From: Akkermansia sp.
GTDB lineage: Bacteria > Verrucomicrobiota > Verrucomicrobiia > Verrucomicrobiales > Akkermansiaceae
Reading direction: 5' to 3'
DNA length: 64,000 nt
Assembly (NCBI GenBank): GCA_045645565.1
Contig: JAZRJB010000045.1
Location: 11,090-75,089 of the forward strand
Below, piece by piece: positions 36,820-46,038 of this stretch; position 1 is the stretch's first letter; the number at the start of each line of letters is the position of its first letter. A program made the position numbers and the translations under genes. Under the pieces are notes generated by a model, which did no database searches, was not told the origin of the DNA, and worked only from the letters and a program-made list of their open reading frames with translations.

Positions 36820-39800
36820 TTATGGATTCTTTTTGTAGAACCTTCCATCTGCCCCGCGTTCGTATGTTTCTTCCTTGAACGCATCCCATTTGATGGTGAT
36901 GGAGTCGCTGCTGAAAGAAATGACCCTGGCCGCATCCTGTCTTCCGCTGGCGCGCACCGCGATGTGGTGTTCGACAGAAATCCTCACGGCGTCAGTCCAG
37001 AGCGGGTGAACTAAGATGAGCTGGTGAGAGCGAAGAGTCGGGCTGTTCTCCCGGAGCAGCTGGCGGATTCTTTCCCCCTCCGGTGATGGAAGGGAATCGC
37101 TGTAATACTTGCCATCTGCACGCCGGGTAAAGCTTTCCGTACTCCACCGGTCCCACTTCAGCACCAGCCGGTTGTCCCGCATCTCTGAAACACTGGCTGT
37201 GTCTGCTTTCGAGCAGCGCTTGGCGACCATGTATTCAGTGGAAATCCTGATTTTGTCCTGCCACGAGGGGCCGACAGCCTCAATTTCCTGGTATGGTATG
37301 ATGGGCTTGTAATAGAAGAGCAGTTTTTTTGCGCTTGCTGAGTTCAGGACATGAAATTTATTCTCGATTTGAACGAGCTTCAGCTTCTTACCATCATCCA
37401 TGCTCAGGAGAATGGATGGCGTGCTGTACCCGCGTGAGATTTGCTCAACCGTTCCTCCAGCCAGGTTACCGGACCGCACGGCATAGCGTAAATCCGGGTG
37501 AAGGTAAAGCGTTTCCTCGCTCCCCTCATCATTGATGAAACGGACGTAGAAATGCGGGTGGTTCTGAGGGTCTGCCTTGAAGTCCTGATAACGGGGTAAA
37601 TCCAGCGTTTCGTGGTATTTGCCATCGCTCCGCAGAACGGCGGCGGCATATCCCCATCTGTCCCATTTATAAATGATGTAATCGCGTGTCAGTTCAATGA
37701 TGTTGGCCGTGTCTGTATTGCCGGAGGCTCTGGCCATAACCATCGAATTCCGGGATATGCGCACCGTTCCTTGCCAGGCAGGGGTCACGAATTCAAAGGT
37801 TTCATATTCTTCCTGGCACTGAGGTGATTGCAGCGCGCGTTTCACCTCATTCCGGCGGGGTGAAGCCTCCTGCGCGCCTGCATTCTCCAGCAGTCGGGTA
37901 ATGCCCAGATGGCGTCTGAAGACCTCTTTCACCTCGGAATCGCGGGTAAGCTCATATTCATCTGCCAGCGTTCTGAGCTTTGATTTCTGGCTGCTCAGCG
38001 CATTTTCTCCTTCAGGGGTAAAGTCATTAATCCGGCAGCCACGTTCCACCAGCATCCGGGCCAGTTCTTCATCTGCCACCTGGCATAAGAGGGGCGTCAG
38101 GTACCCATTGACCGCGGCGCCGGATTCAAGAAGGAGCCTGGCTTTTTCCACGTCGTTATTCTGGAGTAAAGCCGGAAGCGGCAGCTGGGCGTTTGAGAAG
38201 TAACGGAGGTTTAATTCAGCCCCGTTGATATCAATCTGGTTGTTCTGTATCAGTTTTTCCAGAAGTCCGGTGGTGGCAATCTCACTGGCAGAAGGAGTAC
38301 GCAGCCCGGCCTTCAGCAGGGCATTGGCCAGGGTATAGTCACAGACTTTGTTCCAGTGCGCTTCCATTCGTTCCAGCTTGTTGAGCTTTTGAAGTACCGG
38401 CACGATATCGGCACAGCCGTAGCGCGCCAGGTGTTCGTATGTCTCAAAATAAAGCGGGCAGCCGGCATTCAGCAGCGCTTCCATGATAGCCGTACTTCTT
38501 GTACTGAGCAGGGCGGTGTGCAGCGTTTTTTCGTCCGGCTTCTCGGCGAGCAGCCCGGGGAGTTCGGCATCATTGCCAAGAAGTGCGGCAAGTTTAATCC
38601 GTTCTGCAAGTTTGACAGGTTCCGGACTAACGGGGCGGAGAAGGCGTGCTGCGTCTGCGCTGCTGGGACCGTGTGGTGAAAGAAGAAGCGCTTCCAGAGC
38701 GGTGCGTCCGAACTGGTTGCGTACACCCGGGTCTACCCCCATATTCAGAAGGAACTCAACCACCTTGGCATCTGCCGGTCCGCGGCGGATGACTGCCAGG
38801 TGCAGCGCCGTGTTTCCATTCCGGTCCAGGTCACCGGGGGCTGGTTCTGCATCTTTGATGACCGTCAGGTACTGATGCAGCAGCTCCATTGCGGCTTTCT
38901 GTTCGTCTTTGTTTTCTGCAAGTATATCAATGGAGCAAAGAGTGGGCAGGGCGTAGAAGAGGAATGTTTCCCCCTTATCATCCTTGTGTGCAAGGTCGGC
39001 TCCCCTGGAGATAATTTTTTTGAGTAGTTTCAGATTATCCCAAGATGCGTCTTTATAGGCAGCAATGTGCGCGTAGTTGGCACCTCTGCTGTTGAGGGCA
39101 TTGACATTAGCCCCGGCGTCTACGAGGGCTTGGAGACATTCAGGCTGGATGCTGATACCGCCGGGAGAAATAGGGGATTTGAGACGTCCGCTCTTGCTGG
39201 TGATTTCTGGGTGGGCGCCGGCTTCCAGCAGTAATCTAGCGCATTCGCTCAATCCTGCGGGTTGGAAGGCGTCTGCGTGTCGGGCGCGTCCCTGGATGCA
39301 GTATTCCAGAATGCTGAAACCATTTGATGTGGTGGCATTCGGGTCTGCTCCCAGTTCGAGCAGCTGGCGTAGAATAGATGCGCATCCTGCACCCGCAGCT
39401 CTGGCCAGAATGTCCGGGTCATTGACTGCGGCTTTGGCGGTAAGCAGGTTCCTCGCGTTTCTTACGTTGGAATCAATATAGGTCAGTAAAATTTCACTGC
39501 CGCCCCGGCTGGTCAGTTTTCCGTTGGGGGCAGCTCCGTGGCGGAGGAGGAGGACAACACTGTTTTCCTGCCACCGCTGCACCTGCAGAACAGGGGTGCC
39601 CTCAGCGTCGGTTGCATTGGCATTGCCGCCCAGTGCCAGTACTTTTGCGGTGAGAATGGTAGCGTTTCCTCGCCTGGTCCGCGCTGCATCAAAAATTGCC
39701 TGGTTGAGGTCATCGGTGGTGATACCGGCCTCATGCAAATCCTTCCTGAGTGCCACCTTGTCATCCTCAGATGGAACCGTTTCTGCAATTTCACAGGCCA

Positions 39801-40170
39801 GCAGCAAGTCGCGTATGCCTTCATCCCGGGTCAGACTTAACGCAGTTTTTCCGTCCGGTGACTCAGTCTGGAGCCTTGCACCCTTAATCAGGAGGTAATC
39901 CACTATTTGCTCAGCGCCCGCCTGCGCTGCATTCATCAGTGGCGTGTAGCCCCGGTCGTCCGGCGTTTCCACACTTTCCCCCTGTATGATGGCTTCCATC
40001 TGGGCCAGGGCGCGTTGCATGGCCTCGTTGTCATCGTTCTGATACTTGCAGATTTCTGTCAGAACCGGGTCCTCTCCCGGGAGCAGATGAACGACCGCCC
40101 CGCCAGCCAGTGCCAGCAGGAGAACAGCCGTGAGGATTTTGCTTTTCGATGAGAGAGACATCGTCATCAT
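36820..40170 (-). CDS. Exported ankyrin-repeat protein with C-terminal Trp-rich repeats
   Basis: N-terminal hydrophobic anchor; GYTPLMNAA, GKTALS, GNTALHLA, GRTALE ankyrin motifs; three W..VRIS...KWD...DG repeats. Confidence 0.88.
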   Translation of the reverse strand: MMTMSLSSKSKILTAVLLLALAGGAVVHLLPGEDPVLTEICKYQNDDNEAMQRALAQMEAIIQGESVETPDDRGYTPLMNAAQAGAEQIVDYLLIKGARLQTESPDGKTALSLTRDEGIRDLLLACEIAETVPSEDDKVALRKDLHEAGITTDDLNQAIFDAARTRRGNATILTAKVLALGGNANATDAEGTPVLQVQRWQENSVVLLLRHGAAPNGKLTSRGGSEILLTYIDSNVRNARNLLTAKAAVNDPDILARAAGAGCASILRQLLELGADPNATTSNGFSILEYCIQGRARHADAFQPAGLSECARLLLEAGAHPEITSKSGRLKSPISPGGISIQPECLQALVDAGANVNALNSRGANYAHIAAYKDASWDNLKLLKKIISRGADLAHKDDKGETFLFYALPTLCSIDILAENKDEQKAAMELLHQYLTVIKDAEPAPGDLDRNGNTALHLAVIRRGPADAKVVEFLLNMGVDPGVRNQFGRTALEALLLSPHGPSSADAARLLRPVSPEPVKLAERIKLAALLGNDAELPGLLAEKPDEKTLHTALLSTRSTAIMEALLNAGCPLYFETYEHLARYGCADIVPVLQKLNKLERMEAHWNKVCDYTLANALLKAGLRTPSASEIATTGLLEKLIQNNQIDINGAELNLRYFSNAQLPLPALLQNNDVEKARLLLESGAAVNGYLTPLLCQVADEELARMLVERGCRINDFTPEGENALSSQKSKLRTLADEYELTRDSEVKEVFRRHLGITRLLENAGAQEASPRRNEVKRALQSPQCQEEYETFEFVTPAWQGTVRISRNSMVMARASGNTDTANIIELTRDYIIYKWDRWGYAAAVLRSDGKYHETLDLPRYQDFKADPQNHPHFYVRFINDEGSEETLYLHPDLRYAVRSGNLAGGTVEQISRGYSTPSILLSMDDGKKLKLVQIENKFHVLNSASAKKLLFYYKPIIPYQEIEAVGPSWQDKIRISTEYMVAKRCSKADTASVSEMRDNRLVLKWDRWSTESFTRRADGKYYSDSLPSPEGERIRQLLRENSPTLRSHQLILVHPLWTDAVRISVEHHIAVRASGRQDAARVISFSSDSITIKWDAFKEETYERGADGRFYKKNP

Positions 40171-40176
40171 TCTGGC

Positions 40177-40204
40177 AGTATAGCATTACTGCGGGCTGAG
40201 TCAA
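40177..40204 (-). promoter_or_regulatory. Sigma70-type promoter of the ankyrin gene (leaderless)
   Basis: TTGACT-16nt-TATACT with a TGn extension, 6 nt before ATG 40170. Confidence 0.7.
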
Positions 40205-40287
40205 CTGAAAAAAACAAGAGTTGAGCAGTTCGCAGCAGAGCGGGGAATCCCCTCACTTGCAGCGCCATACTACTGCACGCGGGGCTC

Positions 40288-41214
40288 TTATTCGGCTGTG
40301 AGTCTGGCGTGCAGCTGAGCCGCCACGCGCAGCGCGTCTGTGCCTGTTTCACTCAATTTTGTATAATGTTCAGCGTCTGCGTAGTGAGTAACGTTGAGGG
40401 TGAGGGTGCCATCTTCATTTTCAACAGCATAACCACCCACGGGCACTGAGCAATCTGCCTGCAGAAGATTCAAGAACTCACGCTCACAGGAAATGCAGCG
40501 GTAGGTGCTGGTGTGATTCACTTTCTGTAACATTGCGCATGTTTCTGCATCATCTTTACGGCATTCCAGCGCAATGGCTCCCTGACCAAGAGCCGGGGGG
40601 AAATCCTGAATGGGAAGCCCGACAACACAGAGCCGGGTCCCGTTTACCTCGAATCCATCCGGGTTATAACCCAGGCGGTTTAATCCTGCTCTGGCAAGCA
40701 GCGTGGCTGAGACGCCATCTGCCTCTACCAGTTTTCTGAGACGCGTGGCTACATTGCCGCGGACAGGCACGGTGCTGGCTGAGCCGTGCCAATACGTGTG
40801 AACCATGTGGCTGCGGCGGACGCTTCCGGTTGCAATGACGAGGTGCTCCATGTCTGCGTTTTCCTTGACGACCAGAACATCCTGTATGTTTTCGCGCGGA
40901 AGAACCGCGGCCAGACTGAAGCGGGAATCAAGCACGCCCGGCATATCCTTGAGACTGTGAACGGCGCAGTCCACCCTGCCATCGGCCAGGGCTTCTTCAA
41001 TGGCTGCGATGAATACCCCCTTGTCTCCGGTCCCGGTTGCAGCATTCACCTGATGAAGCGGAATGTCAGTACGCTGGTCACCCGCCGTGGAAATGATGGT
41101 GATTTCGCAGTGTAAATCTGGATTGGCTGCTTTCAGGGCAGCAATGGCCTGGTGCGTCTGAGCCAGGGCCAGTTCACTGCCCCGGGTGCCGATGCGGAGA
41201 ATTTTCTTGCTCAT
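40288..41214 (-). CDS. hemC: Hydroxymethylbilane synthase (porphobilinogen deaminase)
   Basis: RIGTRGSELALAQ, VHSLKDMP, RGNVATRL, PALGQGA, ADCSVP. Confidence 0.93.
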   Translation of the reverse strand: MSKKILRIGTRGSELALAQTHQAIAALKAANPDLHCEITIISTAGDQRTDIPLHQVNAATGTGDKGVFIAAIEEALADGRVDCAVHSLKDMPGVLDSRFSLAAVLPRENIQDVLVVKENADMEHLVIATGSVRRSHMVHTYWHGSASTVPVRGNVATRLRKLVEADGVSATLLARAGLNRLGYNPDGFEVNGTRLCVVGLPIQDFPPALGQGAIALECRKDDAETCAMLQKVNHTSTYRCISCEREFLNLLQADCSVPVGGYAVENEDGTLTLNVTHYADAEHYTKLSETGTDALRVAAQLHARLTAE

Positions 41215-41218
41215 ATCT

Positions 41219-42232
41219 TTATTGGTAAATATCCACCCCAAGCCGCTGCAGATCTGAAAGCGACACGGCGCAGGGATCCGGCGCTACCCAGTGTCCCGGT
41301 GTCAATTCGCGCGGGGTCAGATCCATTCCCACGGTGGCATCCAGGTACGGGTGGTTGATGCGGCGTCCAAAGGCGCTGCCCGGCGGCGGGTCTATGGGGG
41401 AGGGCACATCTCCCGGTAATATGGGGGTGTGTTGCCGTTGGGTAGGGTCCGGAATCGGGATTGCGGACAGAAGTGCCCGTGTGTAGGCGTGGCAGGGGCG
41501 GTCGTACAGTTTGTCGGCATCAGCCATTTCAACTATTTTGCCCATGTACATGACCGCCACCCGGTCCGAAATGTGGCGCACTACGGATAAATCGTGCGAT
41601 ATGAAGAGATACGCAAGATTAAGTTCCTGCTGAAGATTCAGCAAGAGGTTGAGTACCTGACTTTGCACGGAGACATCCAGCGCACTGACCGGTTCATCCA
41701 GCACCAGCAGTTTGGGCCCCATGGCCAGAGCCCGGGCTATGCCGATGCGCTGACGCTGACCTCCGGAAAATTCATGCGGGAATTTTTCTGCCGCCGTGGA
41801 GGGCAGACCTACAAGGTCCAGCAGGGCATCCACCCGGCGCTTGCGGCTGATCCGGGTTCCCAGCCCGTGGATAATAAGTGGCTCGGTGATGATATGCCGC
41901 ACTGTCATGCGCGGGTTCAGCGACCCTGCCGGATCCTGGAATACCATCTGAACCTTACGGCGAATCTTGCGCATGCGCCATTGGGCGCGGTGGGTTACGT
42001 CTTTTCCCAGTACTCGGATACTTCCGGCTGTGGGTTCCAGCAGACGCACAATGCAACGCCCGATGGTACTCTTGCCGCACCCGCTTTCCCCCACCAGCCC
42101 CAGGGTTTCTCCCGGTGCAATGGAGAATGATACATCATCCACCGCTTTCAAGGTCCCCATTCTTCTGCCAAACATGCCGCCACGCACCGGAAAGTGCATG
42201 CTGAGGCGGCTGATTTCGAGAATGTTTTCCAT
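41219..42232 (-). CDS. Oligopeptide/dipeptide ABC transporter ATP-binding subunit (OppF/DppF)
   Basis: GESGCGKST, FSGGQRQR, LDEPVSALD, PGDVPSP C-terminal motif. Confidence 0.93.
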   Translation of the reverse strand: MENILEISRLSMHFPVRGGMFGRRMGTLKAVDDVSFSIAPGETLGLVGESGCGKSTIGRCIVRLLEPTAGSIRVLGKDVTHRAQWRMRKIRRKVQMVFQDPAGSLNPRMTVRHIITEPLIIHGLGTRISRKRRVDALLDLVGLPSTAAEKFPHEFSGGQRQRIGIARALAMGPKLLVLDEPVSALDVSVQSQVLNLLLNLQQELNLAYLFISHDLSVVRHISDRVAVMYMGKIVEMADADKLYDRPCHAYTRALLSAIPIPDPTQRQHTPILPGDVPSPIDPPPGSAFGRRINHPYLDATVGMDLTPRELTPGHWVAPDPCAVSLSDLQRLGVDIYQ

Positions 42233-42249
42233 ACTGATGCGTTCGCGTT

Positions 42250-42278
42250 ACTCTAGCATTTCTCTCCTCCTTTTGCAA
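42250..42278 (-). promoter_or_regulatory. Sigma70-type promoter of oppF-hemC
   Basis: TTGCAA-17nt-TAGAGT with a TGn extension. Confidence 0.5.
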
Positions 42279-42449
42279 GTCAAAAGCAGCAGCTTACCGG
42301 ACAATGAAAGTCTGTTTGTCCGGATTCATCAGCTGCGCACGCTCAGACTCGCAAAATCGCATCCGAACTGACCCAGATGATGAAATAAACGGATTTCTTG
42401 CTGGTAAGTGGGGGGTGAGGGGTGCTACAATGCAGTGGAGGAGCTGCTT

Positions 42450-43262
42450 ATGGTAGATTACGGATTGAAGGATAGAGTTGTTATTATAACAGGGGCTAAT
42501 AATCCACAGGGAATTGGCGCAACAACGGCCTGTGCTTTTGCCCGTGAAGGTGCAAAGGTGGTGCTGGTGTACAAGCGTTTGTTCCGGCCTTTTGATGCGT
42601 CCTGTATACTCCAGAATGGTGTAGACAGGTATTTCTCTGCCAACGCTGGTGATGCGCGTGAGGTTGAAGCCCGCCTCAAGGCCATGAATGCGGATTATCT
42701 CGTGATTGAGAATGATATTTCTGATGAGCAGGCTGTCAAGGATATCTATTCCTTCATCATGGCGCGTTATGGAAGGGTTGACGTGCTGGTGAATAATGCC
42801 GCTGATGGTGATATGGAAGGTATCGATACGATTGAAAAGATTACCCGGGAGGTGATTGATGATACCTTTGCGGTGAATGTGCGTGGCGGGATTCTGATGA
42901 TTCGGGAGTTGATTCGCAACCGGGGTGATTCTGGCAGGATTATCAATATCTCCACTGATGCCTCCCAGGTTTTTGCCGGGCAGATTGCCTATGGTGCCAG
43001 CAAGGCAACCATGGAGGCGCTCACCCGCAGTATTGCGCTTGAAGTTGCCAGGTATGGCATTACTGTTAATTGCGTGGCGCCTGGCCCGACTCAGACCGGT
43101 TGGATTGATGAGGAACTTGAAAAGGCTGTTATTCCGCTGATTCCTATGGGTAAATTGATTCAGCCGGAAGATATTGCAGAAACGATATTGTTCCTGGCCA
43201 GTAAGCAGGCCAGCATGCTGACGGGGCAGGTCATCAAGGTATCAGGAGGTAAGTGCCTCTGA
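42450..43262 (+). CDS. Short-chain dehydrogenase/reductase
   Basis: ITGANNPQGIG, LVNNA, YGASK, NCVAPGPT; SD GGAGG upstream. Confidence 0.92.
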   Translation: MVDYGLKDRVVIITGANNPQGIGATTACAFAREGAKVVLVYKRLFRPFDASCILQNGVDRYFSANAGDAREVEARLKAMNADYLVIENDISDEQAVKDIYSFIMARYGRVDVLVNNAADGDMEGIDTIEKITREVIDDTFAVNVRGGILMIRELIRNRGDSGRIINISTDASQVFAGQIAYGASKATMEALTRSIALEVARYGITVNCVAPGPTQTGWIDEELEKAVIPLIPMGKLIQPEDIAETILFLASKQASMLTGQVIKVSGGKCL

Positions 43263-43337
43263 TTCTCTTTTCAGTAAATTTGCCCGCCCTTGCGGCGTAT
43301 CGTATGTTATCAACCGTTCCATTTAATAGTATCCAAT

Positions 43338-43377
43338 AAAAAACAAGCCCGGGTGAATGCCCCGGGCTTGTTTGTTT
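43338..43377. terminator. Bidirectional terminator
   Basis: AAACAAGCCCGGG / CCCGGGCTTGTTT. Confidence 0.8.
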
Positions 43378-43398
43378 GAAGGTGTGCAGACGGCTGGC

Positions 43399-44193
43399 TT
43401 ACATGCCTACAATCTCGTAGCCGCCATCGACGTAAAGAACCTGTCCGGTCATGGAGGCTGCGCCGTCGCTGGCCAGGTAGGTGGCGGTAGCACCGAGTTC
43501 CTCCAGCGTGCAGGAGCGCTGCAGCGGGGCTTTCTCCTCGTATACCTTGAACATACCGGTGAAGCCGGATACGCCGCGGGCAGCCAGGGTCTGCACCGGA
43601 CCTGCGGAAATGCAGTTCACGCGGATGGGGGCTTCACGGCGACCGAGGTCGTAGGCGAGGTACTTGCAGCTCGTTTCCAGTGCGGCTTTGGAAACTGCCA
43701 TGAGGTTGTAATTCGGAACAACCTTCTGGCTGGCGTAGTAGGAGAGCGCGGTGATGGAACCGCCATTCACCATCAGCGGAGCTACGGCACGGGAAAGCGC
43801 AATCAGAGAATAGGCTGATACCTGCAGGGAAAGATTCCAGGCATCGCGGGGAATATCAGAGAAATGACCATCCAGTGTACCCGGTGCCTTCGGGGCAAAG
43901 GCGATGGCATGCAGCAGCATGTCTACGCGGTCGGTATGCTCGCGGACAAAGTCAAAGAAATCTGCGATGGACTGGTCATCCGTGACATCCAGTGAGCACA
44001 CCGGGGTGTCTTCTCCAAAGTTTTCCTTCACCAGTTTGATGACGCCGTCCTTGAGGCGCTCTCCCTGATAATTGAAAATGAGTTTGGCGCCAGCTTCGTG
44101 CCATGCTTTGGCAATGCCGAATGCGATACTGCGGTGATTGGCAACACCTGTGACGATGCCGACCTTACCTTCTAAAGGTTTTGCGAGTGACAT
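43399..44193 (-). CDS. fabI: Enoyl-ACP reductase
   Basis: GVANHRSIAFGIA, HAIAFAP, YNLMAVSKAALE, ISAGPVQTLA. Confidence 0.95.
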   Translation of the reverse strand: MSLAKPLEGKVGIVTGVANHRSIAFGIAKAWHEAGAKLIFNYQGERLKDGVIKLVKENFGEDTPVCSLDVTDDQSIADFFDFVREHTDRVDMLLHAIAFAPKAPGTLDGHFSDIPRDAWNLSLQVSAYSLIALSRAVAPLMVNGGSITALSYYASQKVVPNYNLMAVSKAALETSCKYLAYDLGRREAPIRVNCISAGPVQTLAARGVSGFTGMFKVYEEKAPLQRSCTLEELGATATYLASDGAASMTGQVLYVDGGYEIVGM

Positions 44194-44220
44194 ATTACTA
44201 TTCTATTGGGGGGTTCGGTT

Positions 44221-44676
44221 TTAATACAAGGGAAATTCCTGCATGATGATGCGGGGGTAGGTATGAGCCATGCTGATACCCACATCTTCCATGTGTTTAA
44301 TCTGTGAGCGTATTTCCGCTTCGCTCGTGTTGGGATCTGTCACAACATATTTGAGCCGGTAGTATACCAGACCGCTTTCCATGTCGATGAGCAGCTGCCC
44401 TTCCGGCAGGTTCGCGTTCAGGGTGATGAGCAGCATGCTTACCTCTGCCCGGTCGGCAGGGGAGATGCGGTAGGCAAAATTAACATCAAACACCAGGCTG
44501 CACGGCTCTTTCAGCTCTGTAAACATGAAAGAGCAGGGTATGTCTGTGTTGGTGACTGGCAGATATGCAAGCCCGATTTTTTCGCTATCCGGCCCCATGG
44601 TAACCCACTGGTAGGCTTCACCGTGGCTGATGAGATGCTGGCGGACTTGAGCCAGAAGATTAGGATGATTCGGCAT
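44221..44676 (-). CDS. YbjN-like protein
   Basis: EVSMLLITLNANLPEGQLLIDMESGLVYYR resembles the YbjN/T3SS-chaperone fold. Start is 44676 or 44718. Confidence 0.65.
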   Translation of the reverse strand: MPNHPNLLAQVRQHLISHGEAYQWVTMGPDSEKIGLAYLPVTNTDIPCSFMFTELKEPCSLVFDVNFAYRISPADRAEVSMLLITLNANLPEGQLLIDMESGLVYYRLKYVVTDPNTSEAEIRSQIKHMEDVGISMAHTYPRIIMQEFPLY

Positions 44677-44747
44677 ATAAAAAGGGGTTCGAGGGTTACG
44701 GGGATATGCGCAGCCCATGCTGCCGCATATCCCTCCTTACGCTTATC

Positions 44748-44776
44748 ATACTACACGCATGCTTGAGATAAGTCAA
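44748..44776 (-). promoter_or_regulatory. Sigma70-type promoter of ybjN-like/fabI
   Basis: TTGACT-17nt-TAGTAT. Confidence 0.6.
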
Positions 44777-44925
44777 GCTTAGTGTGAAAAGAAGATGCAA
44801 ATAGAGAGAGAAAAGTCGCAATGCGCCGGTAATGAGTGCCGGTTGTTGAACCTCATCTTGAAGATGGTCCGGCGGCGGCGCGCACTGCTTCGTGGAAGCG
44901 TGCTGGTGGTCGTGCTGCAGGGCTA

Positions 44926-45387
44926 TCAGGCCTGCATTTTTTCTACAATGCAGGCGAGATGGGAGAGCTCCTCCTGCGTCAGACGCTTGGCGCGTCGGTC
45001 AATTTCATCGTGAAAACGGGCGTATACATCGAGGAAAAGGTCTTCGCCTTTGTCTGTGAGCCTGATGCACACTGCGCGTCTGTCGTTAGGGTTGACGGCC
45101 CGTTCCATATACCCCTTGCTGACCATGGATTCCACAAGAAGTGAGGTGGCGGGAACGGTCATCTGAAGCTTCTGGGCCAGCGTCTTTAATGATACCCCGG
45201 TCGGTTCATCTTCCAGCATGAGCCTTAATTGGGAGATTGCGCTCCCCTGGCGTACCGTCAGATTGTGTTCACCGTTTTGTCTCGAATTCTGCATTCCTCT
45301 GATGCTCTCGCGACGCAAAGCATCGAGAATTTCTAGTAGTTTTCTGAATATGATGTGAGGCGGCGTAGTGTATATCATCGACCTCAT
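44926..45387 (-). CDS. MarR family transcriptional regulator
   Basis: LKTLAQKLQMTVPATSLLVESMVSKGYMER..NPNDRRAVCIRLTDKG. Confidence 0.92.
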   Translation of the reverse strand: MRSMIYTTPPHIIFRKLLEILDALRRESIRGMQNSRQNGEHNLTVRQGSAISQLRLMLEDEPTGVSLKTLAQKLQMTVPATSLLVESMVSKGYMERAVNPNDRRAVCIRLTDKGEDLFLDVYARFHDEIDRRAKRLTQEELSHLACIVEKMQA

Positions 45388-45588
45388 GGTACTATATTGT
45401 ACTGGTGCCTGTCCAGCTTAAAAATGCTGGCATCGGTTAAATTTGTTAGAAATATAATTCCGCGTCGTTAGATGTGAGAAAATGTGTAATAATTGATAAT
45501 TTTTTAGCTTATTTTTTTATTTATTTCTCTGAATTATTCGGGTGGAAATTCGGGATGTGGAAATAGAGGTAAACAGGAGTAGTCTGCC

Positions 45589-45849
45589 TTATTTTTTCTG
45601 AGGACAGAAGACAGAGGAAACCAGCCACCCCAGCAAGGCGAACACGAGGTAGATTGTCCGGATGATGAAATTCGGATCCGTAGGAGTGTCGCTCCAACCG
45701 ACGTATATGAGGAAGGAGAGAAGAATGATACCATAAAGGCTGGTCCTGATAGCGCCCCCGAAGAAATCAAAGAAGTGCAGAAAGACGCGGGCACCTGCGC
45801 TGATAAAGAAAACGAACCAGGCGATATTGGTGATTTTATCCCAGTCCAT
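45589..45849 (-). CDS. Small three-TM hypothetical membrane protein
   Basis: MDWDKITNIAWFVFF..., three hydrophobic stretches. Start uncertain. Confidence 0.55.
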   Translation of the reverse strand: MDWDKITNIAWFVFFISAGARVFLHFFDFFGGAIRTSLYGIILLSFLIYVGWSDTPTDPNFIIRTIYLVFALLGWLVSSVFCPQKK

Positions 45850-45969
45850 GTTATAGAGGGTCCACAAATCCTGTAAAGTTTGAGGTATCATAGGTTGATG
45901 ATGATGTAATTCCGCGGGAGTGTAAATGAAGGCTGAGGAAAAGACAAGCTGAATATCAAGGCGGGGATA

Positions 45970-46010
45970 AAGAAATGGCAACCGCCACAGTGTCGGGCTG
46001 TGGCGGTTGC
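45970..46010 (-). terminator. Terminator after trpB
   Basis: GCAACCGCCACAG / CTGTGGCGGTTGC 13-bp stem, then CATTTCTTT on the minus strand. Confidence 0.7.
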
Positions 46011-46038
46011 AGAATCAGAATTATCAGAACCGTCGGAA

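Noticed and set aside
42288-42336. Hairpin CCGGACAA/TTGTCCGG between the divergent oppF and SDR promoters
   Set aside because: Single copy, no T-tract, and only trivial similarity to other hairpins; not enough for a REP/MITE or ncRNA call.
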